A DNA stretch of 64,000 nt from Actinomycetota bacterium (GTDB taxonomy: Bacteria > Actinomycetota > UBA4738 > JBBDHU01). Numbering within the stretch: position 1 is the stretch's first letter; each line of letters opens with the position of its first letter. The position numbers and the translations under genes were made by a program. The DNA is taken from contig JBBDHU010000001.1 of assembly GCA_040880705.1 (NCBI GenBank), forward strand, positions 417,408 through 481,407, read 5' to 3'. Of this stretch, positions 7,740-16,450 are shown one piece after another. The notes beneath the pieces are model-generated. The model searched no databases and had not been told where the DNA came from. It was given only the letters and a program-made list of their open reading frames with translations.

Positions 7740-8381
7740 GTGCTCCTCTCGCCATCCTCATATACTTCCGGCGCTGTGGAGACCTCCGTGACCAGCAGGA
7801 TCGCCACCGCGGACGATCTCGATGCGATAACGGAAACGATGTCCTCCGCGTTCGCCGGGGATCCGCTTTGGGGCGGCTGGGCCTTTCCCGACCCCGCACG
7901 CGCCGACGAGCAAAGACGCGCCTGGTGCCGCCTTTACCTGAACAGCGCGCTTCGCTACCCCTGGCTTCGCGGGACGGACGGCTGTGAGGCCGCCGCGCTT
8001 TGGATCCCCCCAGGCGGGACCGAGCTATCCGAAGAGGAGGAGGCAGAGATAGTCCCCCTCTACGAGGAATGGTTCGGAGAAGCTGCCGCCATTCATTTCG
8101 AAGGGTTCGAGCTGTTCGAAGGCGCACATCCGCGCGACAGGCCTCACTACTACTTGGCCTTGCTCGCGACGCATCCGGAGCACAAGGGCCGCGGCTTGGG
8201 GATGAGCGTGCTCCGCGAGAACCTGTCGTTGATCGACGCCGAAGGGTCACCCTCGTATCTCGAATCCACGAATCCCGTCAACACCCCCAAGTACGAGAAC
8301 CTCGGGTTCGTGAAGGTGGGGGAGTTCACGTTTTCCAACGGCGGTCCGACGATCGAAACGATGTGGCGCGAACCGGCCTAA
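7740..8381 (+). CDS. GNAT family N-acetyltransferase
   Basis: Acetyl-CoA-binding motif region (...LLATHPEHKGRGLGMSVL...). An internal GTG start is possible. Confidence 0.75.
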   Translation: MLLSPSSYTSGAVETSVTSRIATADDLDAITETMSSAFAGDPLWGGWAFPDPARADEQRRAWCRLYLNSALRYPWLRGTDGCEAAALWIPPGGTELSEEEEAEIVPLYEEWFGEAAAIHFEGFELFEGAHPRDRPHYYLALLATHPEHKGRGLGMSVLRENLSLIDAEGSPSYLESTNPVNTPKYENLGFVKVGEFTFSNGGPTIETMWREPA

Positions 8382-8719
8382 CAGGTCAGGTGCAGGGCGG
8401 CGGCAGTGTCCTTGGGGTCCAACTCCAGAAACCGAGCGATCGCCTGATCGGTTGGCAGACCCTCTACCTCAACGCCTCGTTCGCGCAGGGCTTCGATCGT
8501 CTTGGGGTCGGGCCGCATGCGAGAATCGGCACCCATTCCGACGACCAGCCGCGCCGGCAGTTCCTCGAGCACGTCCTCGAGGTCTTCCATCACCAGCGAG
8601 TGGCCATCCTTGCGCCACCAGTTCGTCACGACTCGGCCGGGGAGAACGATCAGGTCGCGGGTCTGCTCCTCCCCGTCGACCAGCACGCTTCCGAAGCGGT
8701 ACTGCTCGAGGCGAGCCAT
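8378..8719 (-). CDS. Mth938-like domain protein (DUF498)
   Basis: 113-aa ORF with the architecture typical of Mth938-like proteins (GRVVTNW..., ...VVGMGA...). Confidence 0.6.
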   Translation of the reverse strand: MARLEQYRFGSVLVDGEEQTRDLIVLPGRVVTNWWRKDGHSLVMEDLEDVLEELPARLVVGMGADSRMRPDPKTIEALRERGVEVEGLPTDQAIARFLELDPKDTAAALHLTC

Positions 8720-8779
8720 CCGCTCTAGCTTGCCTTATCTGCGGACGACTCGCCGGAGCCGGATTCTCTTGCCGGCCTA

Positions 8780-9034
8780 CTAACTACCTTCGACGACCTC
8801 GAAGATCTTGTCGGCGACCAGCCCGTGCGCTTCCTTGTGGACCTTCACCGCCGTGTCGGCGTCCGGCGCCTCGACCAGGCAAAACACCTTGCCCTGGCTG
8901 TCGTCGACCCAGTAGCTCTTGTAGTTCACCCCGTACTGGGCCTGGATCTTGACGTCGGCCGCGTGGGCTCCCGCCACGTCGCTCGCGGTCGCGCCTTCCG
9001 GCAGGGACTCGTGCATGTCCATGAAGAGCGGCAT
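8780..9034 (-). CDS. DUF4242 domain protein
   Basis: MPLFMDMHE... N-terminus and size typical of DUF4242. Confidence 0.55.
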   Translation of the reverse strand: MPLFMDMHESLPEGATASDVAGAHAADVKIQAQYGVNYKSYWVDDSQGKVFCLVEAPDADTAVKVHKEAHGLVADKIFEVVEGS

Positions 9035-9262
9035 CGCCGCCTCCTTTCGTGCGGCGGGCCCCGACGGCCCGCGCTCGCCACCCTATTTTACGGGGCGGCC
9101 GTCCGAAGCAAAAGGATTGGGCCAGCTGGCCTCGGGGAGCGCCCTATATCCGAGATGAGAGATCTCACAAACGATATGACCTCTCTTGTGCGACGACCCG
9201 GTGGCCAAAAGATGCCGGGGCAAGATCGTCGAGCGGCTCACAAACGCTGGTTCCGGCCGGCG

Positions 9263-9424
9263 CTAGGCCGCCTCGCGCTCGCGCCTTCGAGCCTCGCGCT
9301 TTCGCTCCTTGCGCGCGCGCTTCTCGTCGGCTGCCTGACGGCGTGCCTCTGCGGCGCGCCTCGATCTCTCCGCCTCGCGGCGGCGATCCTCTGCAAGTGA
9401 CCTTGCTATCTCCAGGTTGAACAT
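9263..9424 (-). CDS. Small Arg/Glu-rich helical protein (53 aa), not in ORF track
   Basis: MFNLEIARSLAEDRRREAERSRRAAEARRQAADEKRARKERKREARRRERE AA. Strong GGAGGG RBS 7 nt upstream of the ATG. Below the ORF-track size cutoff. Confidence 0.25.
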   Translation of the reverse strand: MFNLEIARSLAEDRRREAERSRRAAEARRQAADEKRARKERKREARRREREAA

Positions 9425-9941
9425 CTTCAATTTCCCTCCTTTCGCTTTCCTAGGTGCTTCTGCCGGCGCATCCGCATCGCGCGTACGACCTCGGGATCCC
9501 TTGGGTCGAGGGGCGGCAAAGGGCCGGACCCGTGCCGGTCCCTAGGTCGTTTCGACTTTTCGATCCTGATGCGTCGCACTTTCTCCTCCATTTTTGGGGC
9601 CACGCGATCGCTTCTTGCGGAAATGCGATGCAGGGAGCCCGCTAAGGGCGTTTCGTGTGGCGCGCGGCTTGGTGGTTAGGCGTCTCTGCGCGTGTGCGCC
9701 GGGAGACATACCGCCGCGGCCGGAGGAGTAAGGAAACGACTCCGGCAGGCAGCGCCGGGCACGAGATGCATCTGCATCTCCCGCCAGCTATTTGCCGTAA
9801 TGTTCTGCCGCTTCATGTCGTTTCCTTTTGTACGAGGTAGTCATGTTACCGAAACGAGGACGCCGGCGTCACATTTTCGCCGGCGGGGGGATGTCGTACC
9901 CCCCGGTTATCGTTAGCGAAGCCTCACCAGCTAGTGGTAAA

Positions 9942-9961
9942 GTGACTACCTAGGTGGTCAC
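9942..9961. promoter_or_regulatory. Imperfect 20-bp palindrome GTGACTACCTAGGTGGTCAC flanked by CTAG half-sites; probable operator of the downstream antitoxin-toxin operon
   Basis: The inverted repeat is centred on CCTAGG, 12 nt upstream of the antitoxin start and overlapping its RBS region. Confidence 0.4.
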
Positions 9962-9973
9962 TAGGAGCAAACG

Positions 9974-10210
9974 ATGGCGGAAATCGGAGTCAAGGAACTG
10001 AAGGCAACCGCCTCAGCGGTGATCGACGAGGTGGAGGACGGCGCATCCTACGTTGTGACTCGTCGCGGGCGTCCGGCGGCCGTGCTGCTGCCGGTTGAGG
10101 AAGCCGAGGATCTCGTCCTTGCCAATGCCGATGAGTACATCAAGATGCGGCGACAGGGCCGAGCAGCCTATGCGAAGAGGCGGACCACGCGCCTTCGGGA
10201 TCTCGACTGA
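9974..10210 (+). CDS. Phd/YefM family antitoxin
   Basis: MAEIGVKELKATASAVIDEV...YVVTRRGRPAAVLLPVEE matches the Phd/YefM fold sequence pattern. Confidence 0.75.
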   Translation: MAEIGVKELKATASAVIDEVEDGASYVVTRRGRPAAVLLPVEEAEDLVLANADEYIKMRRQGRAAYAKRRTTRLRDLD

Positions 10211-10503
10211 AGTCGTATTCCCTAGAGCTCTCCCCCTCCGCCGTCCGCATTTGGAAGAAGCTCCCCACTGAGACAAGGGTCCGGCTTCGGAAGGCACTCG
10301 AGAAGCTCGCCAAGGATGCTGCGACGCCGGGCAGGATCGGTGGCAAGTCGGTCAAGACCATCCGGGGGGTGTCCGATTCGTTTCATCGCCTTCGATCGGG
10401 CGACTATCGGGTGATATTCGATGTGATCGACGAGGACCGCGTGATTCTCGTGCTCGGGATCGTTCATCGTCGTGACCTGGAGCGCTGGCTGCGTAGCAGG
10501 TAG
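10207..10503 (+). CDS. RelE/ParE family toxin with no canonical start codon
   Basis: Translation is (L)KSYSLELSPSAVRIWKKL...DYRVIFDVIDEDRVILVLGIVHRRDLERWL, classic RelE/ParE. The frame has no ATG/GTG/TTG. The first candidate is a CTG at 10207 overlapping the antitoxin TGA (CTGA). Absent from the ORF track. Confidence 0.65.
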   Translation: MKSYSLELSPSAVRIWKKLPTETRVRLRKALEKLAKDAATPGRIGGKSVKTIRGVSDSFHRLRSGDYRVIFDVIDEDRVILVLGIVHRRDLERWLRSR

Positions 10504-10537
10504 GCCTGCGTGTCGCTATTAGTAGGGTTGAGTCCTC

Positions 10538-11713
10538 GTGCTCGCGGTCGAAACCACGTCCACGCTCTTCCTGGAACTAGGCGGCGTGCTCATCGGCCTC
10601 GCAATCCTGGCCAGGGTCGCAAATCGTTTTCGCCTGAGCCCGGTTCCTCTCTTCCTTCTTGCCGGCCTCGCGTTCGGCGAGGGCGGCGTGGTCCCGCTGG
10701 TGACGGCCGAAGGATTCATCCAGGCCGGCGCGCAGATCGGCGTGATCCTCCTTCTGTTCGTCCTCGGTCTGGAATACGGAGCCCAGGACCTGGTTCAGGG
10801 GCTTCGCCGCCGCGCCGGGTCGGGCCTGGCCGACCTGGTTCTCAACTTCACGCCTGGGATGGCGGCGGCCCTTCTATTGGACTGGGGTTTGCTTCCCGCG
10901 GTGTTTCTCGGGGGGATCACCTACGTGAGTTCGTCGGGAATCGTGTCGCACCTTCTTACCGAAGGGCACTGGAAGGGGACCCCCGAGTCGAAGTCCGTCG
11001 TCTCGATCCTGGTGCTCGAGGACCTGGTGATGGCGGTGTACCTCGCGTTCACAGCCGTTTTGGTGAGCGGCCGCGGTCCGGTGGTGGGTGTGGCGTCGGT
11101 TTGCATCGCGATCGTGGTGGTTGCCGCCGTCCTTTGGATCGCCCTTCGTTTCGGCGACGCGCTCAGCCGGTTGGTGTTCAGCAAGGCCGACCAGCCGCTC
11201 GTTCTTCTGATTATCGGCATAACGCTGGTTGCAGCCGCGCTCGCCGATCGCCTTCAGATCTCGGCGGAAGTCGGCGCGTTCCTTGTCGGGCTCACGCTTT
11301 CGGGACGAACGGCGGAGCGGGCGCGAAGGGTGCTCGGTCCGGTCAAGGACCTGTTCTCGGCGTTCTTTTTCGTGTTCTTCGGGTTCGGGATCGATCCCTC
11401 GGGGATCTCGCCGGTTTTGCTCGTGGCGCTGGCGCTCGCTCTGGTGACGGCCGGAACGAAGATCCTGACCGGAATCGTGAGCGCGCGCATGGAAGGCGCC
11501 GACCTCCGCGCCGGTGTGCGGGCAGGCGTGCTGTTGATTCCCAGAGGCGAGTTCTCGATTGCAATCGCGGGGATAGCGATCGTCGCCGGTTTGGAGCCGG
11601 AGATCGCGCCGCTGGCCGCGACCTACGTCCTAGTGCTGGCGATCGCCGGTCCCTTGCTCGCGAGGGCGATCGGCCGCGCCGCTTCAGACCCGAGTGTCAT
11701 GCACCCCGACTGA
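10538..11713 (+). CDS. Cation:proton antiporter (CPA2 / Na+/H+ exchanger family) membrane protein
   Basis: About 12 TM helices with CPA2-like segments (LLLFVLGLEY..., ...GEFSIAIAG...). GTG start. Confidence 0.8.
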   Translation: MLAVETTSTLFLELGGVLIGLAILARVANRFRLSPVPLFLLAGLAFGEGGVVPLVTAEGFIQAGAQIGVILLLFVLGLEYGAQDLVQGLRRRAGSGLADLVLNFTPGMAAALLLDWGLLPAVFLGGITYVSSSGIVSHLLTEGHWKGTPESKSVVSILVLEDLVMAVYLAFTAVLVSGRGPVVGVASVCIAIVVVAAVLWIALRFGDALSRLVFSKADQPLVLLIIGITLVAAALADRLQISAEVGAFLVGLTLSGRTAERARRVLGPVKDLFSAFFFVFFGFGIDPSGISPVLLVALALALVTAGTKILTGIVSARMEGADLRAGVRAGVLLIPRGEFSIAIAGIAIVAGLEPEIAPLAATYVLVLAIAGPLLARAIGRAASDPSVMHPD

Positions 11714-11714
11714 G

Positions 11715-12155
11715 TCAGGCGGTTTTCTTTATCTTCTCCGCCGTCTCTTTCGCCGCGCGGACACCTTCGTCTACCGCCTGTCCGGCCTTCTCGGTGATCT
11801 CCTCGAAGTCGAAGTCCCGCCCCGGCGCGACCTTGTTCCAAGTGTTGCGGAACCACGCCTGGAATTGGTCGTAGCGCTTGCGGCCGGCCTTGGCCCCCAT
11901 GAGGTATGCGGCGCCGCCTACGATGACCCAGCGGAAAATCCTAGGTCCGCGCCGCTTCTTGCCGACGCTCTTCTCCAGGGACTCGAGCAGGTCGCCTCGC
12001 TCGTCCCTGGTCTCTTCGAGGGCTTCTGCGAGGGCCCTGTTCTCTTCCCTCAGGCGCTCGGCCTCCTCCTGGGTGCGCTCCAGCTTCGATTCCAGGCGGT
12101 GCTGGCGAAACTGCTCCTTGGCCTTCCCGAGCTTCTCGATCGTATTGGTTTGCAT
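11715..12155 (-). CDS. Hypothetical coiled-coil protein with one TM segment
   Basis: Coherent codon usage. EE/RR-rich coiled coil followed by a hydrophobic helix. Confidence 0.5.
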   Translation of the reverse strand: MQTNTIEKLGKAKEQFRQHRLESKLERTQEEAERLREENRALAEALEETRDERGDLLESLEKSVGKKRRGPRIFRWVIVGGAAYLMGAKAGRKRYDQFQAWFRNTWNKVAPGRDFDFEEITEKAGQAVDEGVRAAKETAEKIKKTA

Positions 12156-12259
12156 GGCCGATCCCTCCCCTTCCTAGGGTCTTCCCTTGGTCCTTCCCCC
12201 TCCTGCGCCCGCCCAAACGTGCCTGATTTGTCGGACTTTGCCGATGTAGGCTGCGCGCC

Positions 12260-12871
12260 GTGAGGAGGCACCCCGAGGAGCACAGGCCCACCGAGGGCAC
12301 CACCCGCTTGGAGACCTTCTGCGACGGCGTGTTCGCGATCGCGATCACCCTGCTGGTCCTGGGTATCGAGGTGCCCGACACGACCGAGGGGCTCGGGCGT
12401 GCTCTTGCCGAACAGTGGTACTCCTACGTTGCGTACGGGCTGTCGTTCCTCACTATCGGCATCGTCTGGGCGAACCACCACGAGATGTTTCGCCTCGTCT
12501 CGAAAACGACCCACACGTTCTTGATGATCAACGTCGTCCTTCTGATGTTCGTGGCGCTGATCCCCTTCCCCACGCAGCTCGTCGCGCGTTACTTCGGCGA
12601 CCCCTCACAGCGCAGACTGGTCGTGCTGATCTACGGAGGGACCGGGATCTGCTTGGCCATCGCATTCAATGCGGTTTGGCAGTACGCGGTGCGACGCGGA
12701 TTGCTCTTCGAGGACCTCGACCCGCACGTGATCGAGAAACGGACGATAAGGAACTACATAGGGCCGGTCGTATACACGTTCGGGACGCTGCTGGCGATAC
12801 CGAGCCCGGAGGCCGGCCTCGCGGTGTTCATAATGGTGGCGCTCTTTTACCTGATCCCGACGGCCCATTGA
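12260..12871 (+). CDS. TMEM175 / DUF1211 family (putative K+ channel) membrane protein
   Basis: Hallmark RLETFCDGVFAIAITLLVL motif of DUF1211. Confidence 0.8.
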   Translation: MRRHPEEHRPTEGTTRLETFCDGVFAIAITLLVLGIEVPDTTEGLGRALAEQWYSYVAYGLSFLTIGIVWANHHEMFRLVSKTTHTFLMINVVLLMFVALIPFPTQLVARYFGDPSQRRLVVLIYGGTGICLAIAFNAVWQYAVRRGLLFEDLDPHVIEKRTIRNYIGPVVYTFGTLLAIPSPEAGLAVFIMVALFYLIPTAH

Positions 12872-13658
12872 TCTGAGGTGCGGCGGCGTCGGCCACCGCG
12901 AACAGCGCCTCCTGGTTTTGTTCGGCGAGCACCCGCACGATCGGAAGGTCGAGCGCGGACTGATACGGCGCCAGTCCTTCGGCGGCCTGCGGGCGCCAAG
13001 GGGCGGCGACGCCGACACTTCCGAGTGGAACGTCCATGGCTTCGAAGTGCTTGCGATGCCCCTCATTGACGTTGCGGTAGTAACCCTCGGCCTCCTGGAG
13101 CCGGGCCATCGCACCGTCGCCTACGGCAACTCGGATGTACGAAGCGACGAGCGGGTGGGGACGACCGGCCTCTTCGGCTCCCTCCAAGACCCACCGCCGC
13201 GACTCCGCCGCTTGCTCGGGAAGCATCCAGTTGAGCAAGACGCCGTCGGCGAGTTCGCCACCCAGGTGGCACAGCTTCGGCCGCATGGCCGCCGTGACGA
13301 TTCGCGCGTCCGGGAGGAGTTCGCGCAGCTCGGCGACGGATCGCCGGACGATCTCCAGCTGCGGACGGAGCGAACCGGATCCGATCCCGATCCAGAGCCT
13401 CGCCGGATCGAGGTTCAGACGATCTATGTCCGCCGCGATCCGAGCCGGCGAATACCGGTGTAGGGGCAGGACGCCCACGCCCAACTCGAGTCCCGGGGCT
13501 CCCGTGGCGAAATGGGCGAGGGTCTCAAAGCCCGGATCCTCCGCCTCGTCGTTCGACCAGAGCGAGTGATAGCCGAGATGCCCGCATCGGGCCGCCAGTT
13601 CGCGAGCAAGTCCGGCTTCGAGACCGGCATTGATGCCGAGCCCGCGGCGCAGCGTCAT
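12828..13658 (-). CDS. LLM-class (luciferase-like) F420/flavin-dependent oxidoreductase
   Basis: TIM-barrel LLM-like sequence. Start set at the internal Met (MTLRRGLGINAG). The upstream gene's stop lies 8 nt away. Confidence 0.65.
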   Translation of the reverse strand: MTLRRGLGINAGLEAGLARELAARCGHLGYHSLWSNDEAEDPGFETLAHFATGAPGLELGVGVLPLHRYSPARIAADIDRLNLDPARLWIGIGSGSLRPQLEIVRRSVAELRELLPDARIVTAAMRPKLCHLGGELADGVLLNWMLPEQAAESRRWVLEGAEEAGRPHPLVASYIRVAVGDGAMARLQEAEGYYRNVNEGHRKHFEAMDVPLGSVGVAAPWRPQAAEGLAPYQSALDLPIVRVLAEQNQEALFAVADAAAPQINGPSGSGKRAPPL

Positions 13659-13665
13659 GTCCGTT

Positions 13666-14790
13666 TCAGCCCGGACAGAAGATCCCGGCCAAGGCCTCGG
13701 CCGGGCCGCCGTCGTCCTTTTCTCCGGCGGCGAAGACGAATCCACTCGGCGCTATGGAGGCCCCGTCGAACGAGTTCTCGGCGAGGCCCGGGTTGGGCGG
13801 CGACGTCAACACCCACCGGCGCCCGTTCCACCGAAGGGCCAAGGTGTCGTCGTCGGTCATGCCGACCGCCCACACGGGCCGGCGGCCTCTGGCAGTCACG
13901 TCGTTCAGCGCCGCTTGCATGCTGCCGCCGCTGGGAGCCTCCTTCTTCGACCAGGATTTGCCGTTGTAGTGAAAGGTCACCGGCCGGAAGTTCGCGACAG
14001 AGCCGAAGAAGCCGACGGCCCATACGTCGTCCTTTCGGATCACCTCCACGCCGAGAAGCGTCGTGGGGTTGCCCGTGGCGGGAGGGTTCATCTTCTTCCA
14101 CTTCGCGTGGTCCTTCACGAGGATGAGGGGCTGCGTGGGGTTCAAACCGCTCTGGTAGCTCCCCACGGCGAAACCGGTTCGCGGTCCGAGCATGTCGACA
14201 TCGGTCAGGCGGTTGAAGATCGCGCCGGGGTTCGCGCTCTCGAAGGTGACCCACTCGTCGCCGTTCCAGCGCTGAACGAGGGTCAGCTCCTTGGTCGGCC
14301 CTTCCTCGCTCCCTACCGCCCAGACGGCGTTTCCGGCGACCGCGGAAACGCCGTTGAACTGGCCCTCCTCGGCGGGCGAGGGCGACATGATCGTCCAGTC
14401 GATGCCGTCCCAATTCATGGCCAGGGGGAAGTCGTTGCCGGTCGCGCTGTAGCGGCCCACCGCCCAGGCGTTCAATTCGCCGATCGCATCGACGGCGTTG
14501 AGAACGTTCGCCTCGCTGTTCTGATTCGGACTCGTGACAACAGACCATAGGGTCCCGTCGAAGTGCTGGATCATCGTTTGGGGTGACCCCCCGAGATCCT
14601 CGTAGGAACCGACCGCCCATACGTCGCCCAGGGTCCGAGCGTCAATCCCGTTGAACCCGCGCTCGTTCGTGCCGGGATTCTGGGTCGAAGCCATTTCGTA
14701 CCATCCGGGCGTACATGCCGCGGCTGCGGGACCGGGATTCATGATCCCGATGACGAGCGAGATAAGCGCGGCCGCGGCTATGCGTCTCAC
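13666..14790 (-). CDS. Secreted repeat protein of unknown function (about 7 repeats ending in VWAVG)
   Basis: Signal peptide. Repeats of the form ...HFDG..W..V.......L.GV.A.....VWAVG. Paralog of 38910..40175. Confidence 0.65.
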   Translation of the reverse strand: MRRIAAAALISLVIGIMNPGPAAAACTPGWYEMASTQNPGTNERGFNGIDARTLGDVWAVGSYEDLGGSPQTMIQHFDGTLWSVVTSPNQNSEANVLNAVDAIGELNAWAVGRYSATGNDFPLAMNWDGIDWTIMSPSPAEEGQFNGVSAVAGNAVWAVGSEEGPTKELTLVQRWNGDEWVTFESANPGAIFNRLTDVDMLGPRTGFAVGSYQSGLNPTQPLILVKDHAKWKKMNPPATGNPTTLLGVEVIRKDDVWAVGFFGSVANFRPVTFHYNGKSWSKKEAPSGGSMQAALNDVTARGRRPVWAVGMTDDDTLALRWNGRRWVLTSPPNPGLAENSFDGASIAPSGFVFAAGEKDDGGPAEALAGIFCPG

Positions 14791-14848
14791 GAAGCCGTGA
14801 GTCTATCCGAGGCTGTAGTTTTTCGGCGATTCTGCCGATCCCTAAGGT

Positions 14849-15781
14849 ATGAGGCGCGTATTCGTGATCGCCGTATGCGGTTCGGCGGTGCTCTTTTTGG
14901 GGATACCAGCCCCGGCCGGCGCCGCGCCCGTTCCCGGAACGCAGTGCCGGGTCTTTCCGTCGAATCACATCTGGAACACGCCGGTCAACAAGCTGCCGGT
15001 TCACGCGAAGTCGAAGGTCTGGCTTCGCTCCTCGCATGCCGGATCGACGAGGCTTCACCCCGACTTCGGCGGGTCACCCTACGGGCTTCCCTTCCAGGTC
15101 GTTGACGGCTCGGGGCCGAAGGTGGCCGTGGACTTCTACTACGACGATGAGAGCGACCCCGGACCGTATCCCTTCGGCCCCGACACTCCTTTAGAGGGCG
15201 GATCCGACCGCCACGCGCTGATGGTGGACTCGGACGAGTGCGTGCTCTACGAGATCTTCGACGCCGACTGGAACGGCGGCGATCCGCAGGGGGGTTCCGG
15301 GGCCGTTTTCGACCTTTCGTCGAACGCCCTTCGTCCCGACACATGGACCTCGGCGGACGCCGCCGGGTTCGCGATCCTTCCGGGGCTCGTGCGATACGAC
15401 GAGGTCCAGGCCGGCGCGATCAACCACGCGATCCGCTTCACCGTCGATTGCACGCGCAATCGCCACATATGGCCGGCGCGCCACGACGCCGGCGTGAGCG
15501 ACTCGAGCTGCCCCCCGATGGGTGCGCGCTTCCGAATGAAGGCCGGCTTCGACATCTCACGGTTCAGCGCGAGCGCGCGGGTGATCCTTCGAGCAATGAA
15601 GCGTTACGGGATGTTCGTCACCGACAACGGATCCGACTGGTACTTCCAGGGGACGATGGATCCGCGATGGTCGGACACGCTGCTCGACCAGCTGAAGAGC
15701 GTCCCGGCCTCGGCGTTCGTCGCGGTGGACGAGTCGGCGTGCAAGGTCTCCCAGAATTCCGCCCGGGCGAACTGTCCCTGA
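14849..15781 (+). CDS. Secreted hypothetical protein
   Basis: Signal peptide (AGAAP). Coherent 310-aa ORF. No family recognised. Confidence 0.6.
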   Translation: MRRVFVIAVCGSAVLFLGIPAPAGAAPVPGTQCRVFPSNHIWNTPVNKLPVHAKSKVWLRSSHAGSTRLHPDFGGSPYGLPFQVVDGSGPKVAVDFYYDDESDPGPYPFGPDTPLEGGSDRHALMVDSDECVLYEIFDADWNGGDPQGGSGAVFDLSSNALRPDTWTSADAAGFAILPGLVRYDEVQAGAINHAIRFTVDCTRNRHIWPARHDAGVSDSSCPPMGARFRMKAGFDISRFSASARVILRAMKRYGMFVTDNGSDWYFQGTMDPRWSDTLLDQLKSVPASAFVAVDESACKVSQNSARANCP

Positions 15782-15795
15782 CGTCCCCACAGCTG

Positions 15796-15826
15796 TTGAC
15801 TTAGTCTAGGACTTAGTCTATCCTTG
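15796..15826 (+). promoter_or_regulatory. Putative promoter/operator of the vapBC-like operon: TTGACT, tandem ACTTAGTCTA x2, TATCCT
   Basis: -35-like TTGACT (15796-15801), 17-nt spacer, -10-like TATCCT (15819-15824). The 10-bp direct repeat overlaps the spacer and the -10. Lies 8-30 nt upstream of the antitoxin ATG. Confidence 0.35.
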
Positions 15827-15833
15827 GGGCAAG

Positions 15834-16067
15834 ATGCATGACCCGATCAACGTTCACGAGGCGAAGACGCATTTCTCCAAGCTGATCGAGCGCGTCTTGC
15901 TGGGGGAGGAGGTCACCGTGGCCAAGGCCGGGCACCCGGTCGCCAAGTTGGTCCCGGTTGCGCCAGAGCTCCCCAAGCGCGAGCCTGGGAGTGCGCGGGG
16001 CGATGTGTGGATGTCGACGGACTTCGACGCGCCTCTTCCCAAGGACTTGCAGCAAGCCTTCGAGTGA
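15834..16067 (+). CDS. vapB: Type II antitoxin (Phd/YefM-type, VapB partner)
   Basis: MHDPINVHEAKTHFSKLIERV...EVTVAKAGHPVAKLVP matches the antitoxin family pattern. Confidence 0.8.
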   Translation: MHDPINVHEAKTHFSKLIERVLLGEEVTVAKAGHPVAKLVPVAPELPKREPGSARGDVWMSTDFDAPLPKDLQQAFE

Positions 16068-16450
16068 GAGTTCTTCTCGACACACATGCATTCATCTGGT
16101 GGATCGGCGACGACGCGAAGCTTTCGCCCGATGCCCGTCAGCTGGTGTCCGATGGATCCAACGAGGTTTTCTTCAGCGCCGTCAGCGCCTGGGAGATCCT
16201 TTTGAAGAAGGGGTTGGAAAGAGTGGAGATACCCGAGCCGTTGGAGCCCTTCATCACTTCGCAGGTCCTCGCGAATGCCTTTCAGGTTCTTCCCATTAAC
16301 CTTCGACATGTATTTGCTCTGAGCGCTCTTCCGGATGTCCACCAGGATCCCTTCGATCGCATGCTTGTGTCCCAGGCTGTCGCCGACGACCTGACGATCC
16401 TGAGCGCGGACCGTCACTTTCAGGCTTATCCTGTGGACGTGGTCTGGTAG
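16064..16450 (+). CDS. vapC: PIN-domain toxin VapC
   Basis: (V)RVLLDTHAFIWW...D...SAVSAWE...DPFDRMLVSQA. PIN acidic residues present. GTG start overlaps the antitoxin stop (GTGA). Confidence 0.8.
   Translation: MRVLLDTHAFIWWIGDDAKLSPDARQLVSDGSNEVFFSAVSAWEILLKKGLERVEIPEPLEPFITSQVLANAFQVLPINLRHVFALSALPDVHQDPFDRMLVSQAVADDLTILSADRHFQAYPVDVVW

Noticed and set aside
7609-8250. 213-aa minus-strand ORF and 8000..8728 plus-strand ORF
   Set aside because: They overlap the GNAT and Mth938-like genes in other frames. Arg/Pro-rich low-complexity translation.
10510-11874. 454-aa plus-strand ORF
   Set aside because: Alternative frame of the CPA2 antiporter gene. Gly/Arg/Pro-rich with no hydrophobic helices.
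13630-14620. Long ORFs 13630..14550(+), 13655..14620(-), 13512..14126(+)
   Set aside because: Off-frame or antisense to the signal-peptide-bearing VWAVG-repeat protein. Low-complexity Arg/Gly-rich products.
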